A DNA stretch of 17,637 nt from Fonticula alba ATCC 38817 (GCA_000388065.2 KB932233.1); one strand, 5' to 3'. Shown: positions 1 through 10,259, counted from the stretch's first letter. Numbers and translations are program-made. The notes: generated by a model not told the origin, from the letters alone.

Positions 1-48
1 GAAGGGAAAGACAGAAGAAGGGAAAGACAGAAGAAGGGAAAGACAGAA
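1..48. repeat. 16-bp tandem repeat (GAAGGGAAAGACAGAA)x3 inside a carboxylesterase intron; it may extend past the window edge.
   Basis: Three exact copies at 1-16, 17-32 and 33-48. Confidence 0.9.
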
Positions 49-63
49 GGAGGCAAAACATAC

Positions 64-1439
64 CGCTCGCCAAAGGCCAGGGCCTGCTCATGCGTGGTGC
101 AGATGATGGAGCTAGGGTCCGAGTGAATGATGGCCCGGTGGAAGAGCCCAGCCGAGCCGCTGGAGGTCATGTGCACGGAGACCGACCGGCCACCGGCCGA
201 CTGACCGAAGAGGGTGACATTGTTGGGGTCGCCGCCGAAGGCCGCGATGTTGCGCTGGACCCACCGCAGGGCATCACGCTGATCCTCGATACCGATGTTG
301 TTGACGGCACCACCATCCAGGGCGTCGGCCACCAGGAAGCCCATGACACCGAGACGGTATTGCACGGTCACAACAATGGCGTGGGCCGCCTCGGCCAGGA
401 ACATGCCATCATACAGGGTGTTCGCGGCGCCAGTCAGGAAGTTACCACCATGGAAGTACACCATCACCGGCAGGGTGCTGTTGGTCTGGTCGACAGGCGG
501 GGTGTAAACATCTGGGCGCGGAGAGCGACCAAGGAGGAGAGGCCGTCAGAGCTTGGAAACCAACCAGGACGCGGTGGCGCAGCTGGTCGAGGGGGCGGGG
601 GAAATGGTGAAGCACCAATGCGCATATGACGCACTGAGGAACAGGCAATCCTCGCTAATCTGGAAGGGGCAGGTGTGGAGGGGGAGAGTGACACCATCCT
701 CGCAGATCTGCGGGCAAGCGGCGCGGTAGTCGCGCGCGAAGTAGGGAACAGAGCTGCCGAAAGGGGGCCCAAGCGAGGACAGGCGGGGGAGTCGAGGGAG
801 GGCGGTTAGGGGGATGCCATCCAGTCATCAAGGGCCAGGAGTGGCTGGGCAAATGAGGGAGGCGGGAAAGACGCACCCCCAGGGCTTGGCAGGGCGGGCG
901 GGCTTCCAGCGGCCCTCCTTGCCGACGGGCGGCATAGCGTAGGGGATCTTTCCGGGCGCACGCGCGCGCGCGAGAGAGGGAGAGAGAGAGAGAGAGAGAG
1001 GCGGAAGGGGAAAGAGAAAGGGCGAGGGAGGAGGTGAGCCGGCGTGACCCGAGGATAAACAGCAAAAGATGATGGCGGTGCAGGACGCACACCACGGAAG
1101 GTACGGCCATACTCGTTGGTGAGACCAACAATGCTGTTTACGGCGGGGGAAGGGGAGGGGGCAAGAGAACGGCAAGTCAGAACGTCAGCAAGGCGAAGCA
1201 TACAGTATCGTGCAGTGAGGAGGCCCTCGAAGGGAAGGGCGAGAAAGGGAGAGGGGGAGGAGGAAGGAAAAAGAAAAAACAACATACGGGCCGGTCTCAA
1301 TCAGGACCTGGTCGGTGCCGAAGTCGGGCCCGGCATAGGTGCCGGCCGTGGCGGTCGCGGTCGAGGCGCTGCCGTAGGAGAACAGCATCACCAGGAGCGC
1401 CAGCGCCAGCGCCAGCGGCTGGAAGGACGAGGAGCGCAT
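64..1439 (-). CDS. Secreted type-B carboxylesterase/lipase (alpha/beta hydrolase, COesterase family), 5' part only. Exons 1288-1439, 1091-1133, 877-947, 635-753, 64-511; the gene continues past the left edge (intron donor GTATGT at 63).
   Basis: Manual splicing gives a signal peptide MRSSSFQPLALALALLVMLFSYGSA, then IETGPIVG, TFRGIPYAMPPVG..GRWKP, ACPQIC, SEDCLFLNVYTP, LPVMVYFHGGNF (oxyanion loop), VVTVQYRLGVMGFL, DQRDALRWVQRNIAAFGGDPNNVTLFGQSAGG (nucleophile elbow GxSxG). All introns are GT..AG and the frame is kept across junctions. Confidence 0.93.
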
Positions 1440-2744
1440 GGTGCGTCGATGGCGAAGGAGGGAGGAGGGAGCGACGAGCAGCAGAAGATGACGCGGGCAG
1501 CAGGAGGGAGCGCAGGACAGAGCGGGTGGGGGGGGGGGGGGGGCGACAATTGAGTGGGTGTGGAGCCGGCCGATCTTTTGGCGGGGGTGTGGTCTCGGAA
1601 AAAGGCCTCACCCTCCGGGGGGGGGGGTTCAGCCCGGGCCATTCACCCCCCGCCCAAACACCCGGCCTCCCGGCGGGGCCATAATGCCGAGGCCCCTCGG
1701 GTCCTCGGTGCTCCGCGCCCACGCGCCGGTGGTGGGGGGCGAGGCCCGGGCGGCCGGGGCAGGGGGCAGGATGAACGGAAGGGGCCATCTGCAAGGTCCC
1801 ATTCATGTGACCCCACCGAGCACGGAAACTGGCCCTGGCCAACCGTGCTCGCCTGGGAGGGGAGGGGGGGGGGAGCCGGCCAGGGGGGCATGAGAGGGGT
1901 TTCGACATGGGCGCCCCCCTCCGCCCGGCCAGGCCGACCTGAAGAAGGGGTGGGAACGCATACTTCGGGCAAGACTCATGTCCCCAGAGAACAGCCAGCT
2001 ATGTGTTTTTTTTTTCCCCCGCCCTCTCCTCCTCCGTTGGGCCACGGGCCGGACCATGCAGGGGCGCCAGCCCAGCCGGATGATATCCCCTCCCCCCCCC
2101 CCCCCCCCGGGCCCATGCATGCATGCGGGCAACAACAATAACAACAATAACAACCGCCAGGGGACGCCCGCCCAGCCACGCGCACAGGCATTTGCATGCT
2201 CCCTTTAGGCCTCCACATCTCGAGGTGCGGCAACTCGCCTCGGACACAGCGCAGGCATATGCCCAATCACACGGCGCCAAGATGACGGAAACAACATGCC
2301 GGCTGGCGTGCCGCGGGGATTTTGTCATTCCCCGCCACCGGCCTTGCCGCATCCTCCACCGACCGTTGGCCAACGCATGTGGGGCCTTTCTCAACCTCAC
2401 AAAGAGCGAGGAGAGGGAAACAGAGAGATAGGGAGAGAGAGAGAGAGAGACAGACACACACACTCGGTGGTCGTGTCCACGAGACGACAGGGCGCACCCC
2501 CATACATGAAACTACCCACACGCAGGCAAGAAAGACCGAGGCGCAGGAAAAACTGTCCCCCCCCCCCCCCCCGTGGTCAGGGGAATGGGCACTTCCCAGT
2601 TGGTTGATAAACAACCGACACTGGGCCGCGCGCCAGGTCCGGCACGCTGCCGCCCGCGCCGCCTCCCCTCCGCCTGGCCCCCGAAACGCGGACCGCCACC
2701 AAAAGCCGGCGCCGAGGCAGCCGTTCGCCCTCAGACGCTAACTT

Positions 2745-2835
2745 TACGGGGAGCGTTAATTCGGCCTTTGTAATTGATATATGATGTGTGTTAATCGTGG
2801 TTTGGGGAATGGGTGTATTCTAATCCAGCTAATGG
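2745..2835 (-). terminator. AT-rich island about 200-280 nt downstream of the RNR stop; possible 3'-end/polyadenylation region.
   Basis: A local AT-rich patch (ttaattcggcctttgtaattgatatatgatgtgtgttaat) in otherwise very GC-rich DNA. The position fits a 3' UTR end, but no canonical AATAAA is seen. Confidence 0.3.
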
Positions 2836-3026
2836 GAACGGCATCGAAGGAGGCCCCACTGGTCTGAGCGCATGATGGCCTTGCCAGGAAGGGGGAAGGA
2901 AGAGCCCTCCCCCATCGCCGATGGAGGTGAGGCTGGCCGGCCGGGGGGGGGGGGGGGGGGGGGATGGGCCACCGCCACCAGGCCTGGCGGCCAGTGCTTG
3001 CCTGTGCGCATGCGCTCCTGGACACA

Positions 3027-6000
3027 TTACCGCGGGATGGCACAGGTGTCCGTTTCGCAAAAGAGGTCCGGCATTTGCTCGAGGAAGGCATGGTCATCGC
3101 CGCCGGTGGCATCTCTCGGCCTGGGAGTGGCGGCGCCGGCGGCGGGCGGATTGTTGGCAGCATGCTGTGCGGCTAGCGGCACGGCCGGGGCATCCTCCCC
3201 CCCGAGGGTCGTGGCCACCAGACGCTCCGAGGGGGAAACCCCCCCGACACCGGCCAGGCCTGGCACCCCGCGCGGGATGTCGATCGGCCGGATCCGGGCC
3301 ACCCGGCTTTGATACTCCTCGGGCGAGATGCGCTCGTACGGCATCTGCGGGTAGGCCCCGGCGTCGATGCGCGGCAGGAAGCTAATGCCCTTCAGCTGGT
3401 ACTGGTAGTAGTTCAGGGCAAAGGGGATTTGCGCCCGCTCACTGGGGGCCACGGTCACCGTACAGCTAACCTGATTGTCGGCCCAGTGCCGCTGAAGGAA
3501 GGCCGCCAAGGCCAACTGCTCCCACATCGTCACGTCGTCCAGCGACCGCATGATGGTGCTCGGCTGCTCGTGCTGCGGCGGCGGCGGCGGCGGCTGCTGC
3601 TCCTGCGGCTGGTTCCCCGGCACATTGGCCGGCATGCCAACCGACCCCATGTCAACCGGGAACTCCACGACGCAGGTGGATCCCGGAGCCTCGACGGCCG
3701 GCTCCACCGGGTAGCCGGCCCGCATCAGTGCCAGCACCAAGTCCGAAGGAGGCGGCGCGGCGGGATCGCGGTTGGGCGTGTCCAGTGGCGGTCCAGACGG
3801 GATGCGCACCCGCCGGATGCAGTACCGCGACTCGGGGTAGTGAAGACCGGGAGTGGCTGAGACGGAGGTAAGGTAGGGTGGATATTGGGGAATCGCGAGA
3901 TTAGCAACAGAGAGAGAGAGAGGGGGGGGGGAGGGAGGGAGGGAGAGAGAGAGAGAGAAGGAGAAAGAGAGAGGGAGAGAAAGAAAGAGAGAGGGAGAGA
4001 AAGAAAGAGAGAGGGAGAGAGAGAGAGAGAAGGAGAGAAGGAGAAAGAGAGAGGGAGAGAGAGAGAGAGAGAGAAGGAGAGAAGGAGAAAGAGTTACGCA
4101 CCACCAGCCAGCAGAGAAACCGTGCCGCTGGGCTTGATGGACGTCAGCTTGATGGACTTGCGGATGGCGAAACGCTCGGAAAAGCTGTCGACCGGCAGGA
4201 GACAGATGAAGAAAGGAGAGTTAGAGAGGAGAGAGGAGCAAGACTTCAGGCATGCGGAGTGGAACGCCTGAGAAGAGGACTAGACAGAGGAACGAGGCAC
4301 GCACAGCTCATCATATTTCTTGACCGCCGCATAACCCTCGTCACACCAGACGCGCAGAGCCTCAAGACCTGAGATGGGCAGACGGCGTGCGTGGATGTGT
4401 ATGTATGAGTGTAGGTTGGGTTTTTTTTGGGGGGGGGGGGTGCGTTCGTGCGCGTGCATGTGCGTGAGAAAGGGAGGGGGGGAAAGGAAAGAAGAAGAGA
4501 ATGGCAGCCAGTGTACGCGGCGAAACCGGCCAAAGCGGCCGGCATAAACGACCAGCAAAAGCGACCAGCAAAAGGCGGCAGGATCTAAACGCACCCTGGG
4601 ACTCGACAAGCTGCGCGATGCCGCTCATGGAGCAGCCCACACGCCGGTTGCGAAGCATGGCCCGGTTGGTGGCCGGCCAGTGCGTGTTGGCCAGGGTCAC
4701 GGTCTTGGCATAGAGCATCGCACTACGCAGAGTGCGTTCGACGAACAGACGCCGGGGGGCATCCCCGGCGCCGCCGCCAGCGGCCGACCCGATGCTCTGG
4801 CCGCCCAGGTGCCGGAAGGGGAATGTCTCCACCAGGCAACACAGCTCAAAGGACTCGAGGGTCTGCTCGAGACAGGGATTGGCCCCGGCCGCCCGGATGT
4901 CAGCCCAATCCGCCGGGTCCACCAGGCGACCAAACTCACGGGCGGTGTCCAGGAAGAAGAGCCCGGGCTCGCCGTTTTCCGCCAAATGCCGAATGACCCG
5001 CGGGCCGTCGATGGCCGCCAGCTGGCCCAAATGCGCGGTGTTCTCATCCCCCGGGGCCGGGGCGCGGCCAGGCAAGCCGGCACTCGGGCGCCAGGGATAC
5101 TCCAAGCGCCGGGAGTAGTCCACCCCGACCGGCGCCACCACCGAGTTGTTGGATGTCCAGCCGAAGGCCATGCGGTGCGAGTTGTCAGTGAGGGGGGCCT
5201 CCCCCGGGCCGGGGCTTCCATCGGGGCCTTCCCCCTCGGCCGAGGGGGCATACTGCTTGAGAGCCGCATAGGCCGGGTCATGCGGCGATCCGAGGGCCAA
5301 CTCGGCCGTCGCTCGGACGCCCCCGGAGACAATGCACTTGCCAATGATATTCATGATGTCCACCACGGTGGTGGAGGTCATCCGGCCGACCGCCGGCCGA
5401 GTGGAGGCATGGCGATCGTCGACCGGGTGCGAAGCCCCCGGCTCCAGGGGAATCCCACGCCACTCGGTGCCGGCCGCCGCGGCCGACAAAATGCCCCGAA
5501 GCTCGGCGTGCAGGCGCCGCAGCGGATCCGGCCCGAGGGCCTTCCCCCCGAAGCCCCGCACCGGCGCCCCGGCCGGGCGGATGTCCCCATAGTCGAAGCG
5601 CACCGCCGGCGATCCCGGGATCAGGTACGAGTCCACCAGCAGGGCCACCGACTCGACCCAGCCCAGGCGCGAGTCCGGCACCCGGAAGAGGAAAGTCTCT
5701 CCCGGGGCCTCGGCCTGGGGGGAGGCAACGTTGTGGGTGTCGGAGCCAGCCACGGCGCGGCCTTGGCGGCGCTCCGGATCGAAGACCGCCACCAGCCGGT
5801 CGGTCGCCCGGTGAGCTTCGGTGGCCGGGGTGTCAGGAGTGCCGGCCGGCGGGGCGGGATACGCGGCGGCCGTGTCAAACCCGATGCCCACGCCGAGCAT
5901 GGCCCCGTCCATCAGGAAGGAGAATGGGCGCGAGGGCCGGGTTTCGGATCCGGCATCGGCCAGCAAGTCGCCCATGGACCGGGGCCCACGCCGCCAGGCC

Positions 6001-7093
6001 GGCTGCCAGGGAGAGGACCCGGCGCCGGGGACCGGCGCTCGCGCGACCAGGCCATCGGCGTCGGTCTCCCCCGAGGCATCGGCCCACGGCGCCGGGACCG
6101 TCCAACAATGGTCCAGCAGGGACCGCGTCGAGACGAACCCACAATTGAAGAGAGCCGCTTGGGCATCGGCGCGCCGGGCCGGGTTCTCTGTCAGCTCGGA
6201 CCCCATGGCCCAGAGCCCACGACCGGGCGGGAGAAAGCGCATGTGGAACATGGCGTCATACATTTCCGTGGCCTCGGCCAGGGCCTGGGGTCGCGGAGCC
6301 GCGACAGGGAGCCAAAAGCGCCGGCATGAACAGAGAGACAGGGGGGGGGGGGACAAAGAAAAAAAGAGGACGAAGGAGGACCGAGAGGTTAGCATGCGGA
6401 ACAGGGGCCAGCGGGCGCCATGGCTTGGGAGGGACACTCCCGGGGGGGGGGGGGGGGAAGGAAGCCCGACGCCCGACGCACCTGGGACTCATCCCAGCCA
6501 ATGTGATGCGCACGGCACCAGCGCTCCTGCATGCGGAAGGTGCCGGTCACCACGCGAGCAACGGTCTCCCACCATTGCTCATACTGACCGACACCGGCGT
6601 CGGGATTGTCCCCGCCCTCGACCTCGCCGTACAGGCAGACCGCCAGCGAGTCGGGCGTCTTCACCCGGGAGTAGGTCCGATGGAAAACCACATGCCCGAG
6701 CCCATTGAAGCCAAAGGGCACCGGCCGGCCGGCATATGTCCGGAGAAAGTCCACCGGCAGGCGGAAGGATGCCAAGCCGTCGAAGTACGACGGCTCGCGT
6801 AGGGACCCGGCAGGCGGCGGGACCGCGGCCGTGGCGGCGCCGGCACAGGCGGTGGTGGAAAACATGGCACGCTGCCAAGAGGCACCGGGGCCCTGGTGGA
6901 GGTACAGCGCCGAAAGTGGGGCTCCGCCAATCGAACCACCCACCGGACCAGGGCCCGGAGTGCGAGCAGTCAACGTCTCGGCCGGACCCGAAGGGGAAAA
7001 CAACTGCCGGATGGCAAGATGCGGGGCACGCCGGGCGGCGCTGATGGCGGCGCTCCGCGTGGAAAGGGGGCCGGCCAGGGCGCGTCCCAACAT
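3027..7093 (-). CDS. nrdJ: Monomeric class II (adenosylcobalamin-dependent) ribonucleoside-triphosphate reductase (NrdJ/RTPR type) with an N-terminal extension. Exons 6482-7093, 4595-6284, 4305-4368, 4102-4184, 3027-3856; 3279 nt, 1092 aa.
   Basis: Motifs seen after splicing: FGFNGLGHVVFHRTYSR, EQWWETVARVV, MFHMRFLPPGRGLWAMG, ALFNCGFVS (C119-equivalent), LMDGAMLGVGIGFD, VPDSRLGWVES, GANPCLEQTLESFELCCLVE (NPCxE thiyl-radical Cys, with the resolving Cys 11 residues later), RNRRVGCSMSG, LTSIKPSGTVSLLAGATPGLHYP, HWADNQVSCTVT, LKGISFLP, YPQMPYERI, and C-terminal CETDTC (CxxxxC shuttle pair as in Lactobacillus leichmannii RTPR). All four donors are GTGCGT and the joined length is a multiple of 3. 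Confidence 0.95.
3908..4092. repeat. Imperfect (GA)n purine microsatellite in RNR intron 4. Similar tracts lie near 970-1030, 9570-9630, 10130-10260 and 15465-15500.
   Basis: Directly visible GA/GAGA/GAAA arrays. On the sense (minus) strand they are CT tracts upstream of 3' splice sites. Confidence 0.85.
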
Positions 7094-7285
7094 GCGAGTG
7101 GAGAGAGAAAACAAATGGAGAAACACGGAGGGGAAGGAGGAGGAGGAGGAAGGCAAGGCAACGCAGGGGCGTGTTTCCGGCGGGGGGAGAAGAGCGGGGG
7201 GAGGAGCGGGGGGAAGATGTCGGCGCGATCTCGCGCCGCCAGAGGTCCCCTGGGCTGGCAAAAAATCCACCGCCCCACATGCCCT

Positions 7286-7303
7286 CCCCCCCCCCCCCCT
7301 CCC

Positions 7304-7350
<47 letters not shown>

Positions 7351-7359
7351 ACCCCCCCA
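7286..7359. repeat. Near-pure poly-C tract (poly-G on the minus strand) upstream of the RNR start codon.
   Basis: Directly visible homopolymer with a few interruptions. Confidence 0.85.
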
Positions 7360-7956
7360 CCAGCCACCCACCAACAAACAACAGGGACCCCCCCCCCCCC
7401 CCCATGGAGACTCGGAGGGGCCGAGCGAGGGACGGGGGTAGGTGCACGGCTGCCCGCCTCACCAGTCGCGCCACCAGCAGGCCGATCAGCTCCTCCAGCG
7501 TCAGAGATGTCACGTGAGAATGGCACGGTCAGATCGCCTATCGCCCCTCGTCATCACTGCGGCTGCCGCGCGAAGTTTGCCGGAGACAAGAGCGCCCCTG
7601 TGGCGCGGGGTGGGGGAGAGCCGCCCTGCTGTGCTCTCCCCCCTCCTGTGTATTTGCCCCCCCGCCTTTGCCCTCGCCTCCTCCACCCCATGCTGCCCTC
7701 CGCCTTGGTATGTCTCCCCCTCGCTCCCTCTCTCTCTACCTCACTGCCACTCCCTGCGGCCTCCGGTGTCCGGGCGCGTGCCTGTGTATTTTTTGGTGGG
7801 ATTCCCTCTCGTCCTGTGGCGCACAAGCGCCCCTCCGGCCGCACATAGGCAACCATTGCGGCACGAAGAAGGGAGCAGGGGGGGGGGGGGGGGACAGCCT
7901 CCTAGCTAAGGGCCCATCGGGAAACAGGGGCAACGGGCGTCACAAAGCATGCTCGG

Positions 7957-10221
7957 CTACTGCGCGGGCTGCTGCTCGTGCTCCATTTCCTGCTCGGACT
8001 GCTCGTCGATGTCCTCGCCAGGGGCCTCGCGCATGCGGACACGCGCGCGTGCCATCGGACCCCAGCCGGCCGGCAGAACAGCAAAGCGGGTGAGCCCCAC
8101 CCGACGCGAGTGCGGCTCCGCCTCCGGATGCAGGTCGAAGTTGACCGGGCGCCAGGGCTCGGCCAGCTGCGCCTCCAACCGGCTAACCAGCCCCTGGGAG
8201 TCGTCCATGTGGAAGCGCGCCAGGCGGGCCTTCTCCGCGCGGAGGGCCTCCTCCAGCCGGGCACGGTACTCCTGCTCCTCCTCCTCCTCGGTGGGAACAC
8301 GCTCGGTCTCGATGGCAGTGGCCCGCGAGGACACCGAGCTGACAGCCTGGCCGGCCTCCTGGCGCTCGGCCAGGCGGGCCAGCTTCTGGGCCCGGGCCTC
8401 GGCCGCCTGCTCATTGGCCAGGGCCGCCTTGGCCACCGCCTCCTGGTCGATGCGTGCCATGAGCAGCGCGCGCGTGGGCTTCCCGCGGCTGGCCTTCGAG
8501 AAGCGCACCTTGTAATGGTGCCGGGCCCAGGCGCGCACCGTGCGCCAGATGAATTCCTGGGGAGCGTCGGTCTTGAGGGCATCGCGGGCCGCATGCGAGC
8601 CGGACACCCGGTACCCGGCATTCAGAAGGGCCGAGCTGTGGGGGAGAGGGGGGGGGGGGCAAATATGCAAGAGTGTCAGAAGAAGGCACATCCGACGGGA
8701 GACACGAAGAGGGGGGAGGGACTCCATGGACACAGGGAGAATGACCAGGACACGGAGGGGGGGGGGGGGGGGGCCACCCCCAGAATGCGAGAAGGAGAAT
8801 GGGGGCCACGTACCGGGCCAGAGTCATCGGCAAGCCAGATACGCTGACCGTGCCGAGGATGTCCGAGAGAGTGTAGTACAGGGGCACGTCGGGCAGCTCC
8901 TCGAGGGCCATGTTCAGCATGCCGATGATGCGCTCGCGCGTGCGCAGCGGCTTGGCAAAGGAGGTGATCGGGAGCTCGGGCTCCGGAGTCGAGGGGGTGC
9001 CGGTGCCGGCATCGGTCGCCGCATTGGCCTGAGCAGCCGCCGGGGCATCGGTGGCGTCTGGCACTGGCTCGACGTAGGGGGGCGTGGCCTCCACGATGGC
9101 CAGCATGGCGTGGATGAAATCCTGATTGTGCAGGGGACCGGTCCAAATCGGGCCGCCGACCTGAGGTGGAGCGCCGGGTCGCCGGGAGCAAGGGCAAGCA
9201 GGGACAGGCCGGGCGTGCGAGAAGAGACGGAGGAAAGGGTACTCGGTCAGTCACAAGCACCACACGTAAAGAGACAGGAGGAGGGTGGCAACGGGGAAGC
9301 AGCGAAGCAGGGCAGAGACAAGGAACGCACATGCGCCGGGCGCCCGCAGGACTCGCAGAAGGACTGGTCGCCGGTCGGCGGCCGGGCGGCACCATAGCGC
9401 ACGACCTGGCCGTGCTTGTTGGACAGCGGCCGAGCGTTCGGGGCCGTATGGAAGCTAGGGCAGGCAGAGCACTGGTAGATGGAAGAGGAGTTCCTGTGTG
9501 TGGGGGGGGGGATGCGCATAGGTGTGTGGGGGTGAGGAGAAAAGAGGGGAAGGAAAGGAATGGATAGAGAGGTAGATAGAGAGAGAGAGAGAGAGGGGGG
9601 AGGGAGAGGGGGAGAGAGGGAGAGAAAGAGAGAGGCGGATTGGCATCAGGTCGGACACAGGCACCAGCCAGGGGCACAAGCACAAGAAGAAGCAGGGCGC
9701 AAGGGGAGAAGACGAAATGCCCCTCGCGGAGGGACGCACTGTGCAACCAGCTTCACCTCGGAGGCGCTACGGAAGACGCGGATGAAGACACGGATGTAGA
9801 AGTCGATGCTCAGGGACACCAGCGGCACGATGTACCGGCGATGCTTGGCCGCATAGGCGCTCAGCGAGTCCAGCAGGATGCGCAAGGCCAGCTCATGGCA
9901 ATACCGGCCATTAACCGGCATGGTGCCGTACTTGCTGTAGCAAGAGTCCGGATTGGAGCCAGCCAGCACGGCCATATCCGTGCAAGTGACCAGCATCATG
10001 CCACCCGACTCGATGGCCCCCATGGCCGCGTCCAGGAAGGGGATGGCTGTGCCATAGGGATCCAGATCGACGATGGTGAAGCCATCACTGGCATGCTTCT
10101 GCATGACGACACTGCGCAGGAGGGGCAGAGGGAGGGAGAGAGAGAGAGAGGGAGAGAGAGAGAGAGAGAGGGGGGGAGAGAGGGACAGAGGGACAGAGGG
10201 AGAGAGGGAGAGAGGGAGAGA

Positions 10222-10259
<38 letters not shown>

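Noticed and set aside
4253-4270. Alternative AG acceptor in RNR intron 3 leading to an early TGA (possible poison exon)
   Set aside because: It lies under 40 nt from the donor with no upstream branch motif. The CTAAC branch lies downstream and serves the 4185 acceptor.
4680-6329. 549-aa plus-strand ORF
   Set aside because: It is the antisense shadow of RNR exon 2. High GC at third positions removes stops on the opposite strand, and it has no recognisable motifs.
3027-7093. Bacterial contamination, an intein, or a self-splicing intron in the RNR gene
   Set aside because: The introns are short spliceosomal GT..AG type with host consensus. There are no intein (C/S start, HN end) or homing-endonuclease motifs in the insertions.
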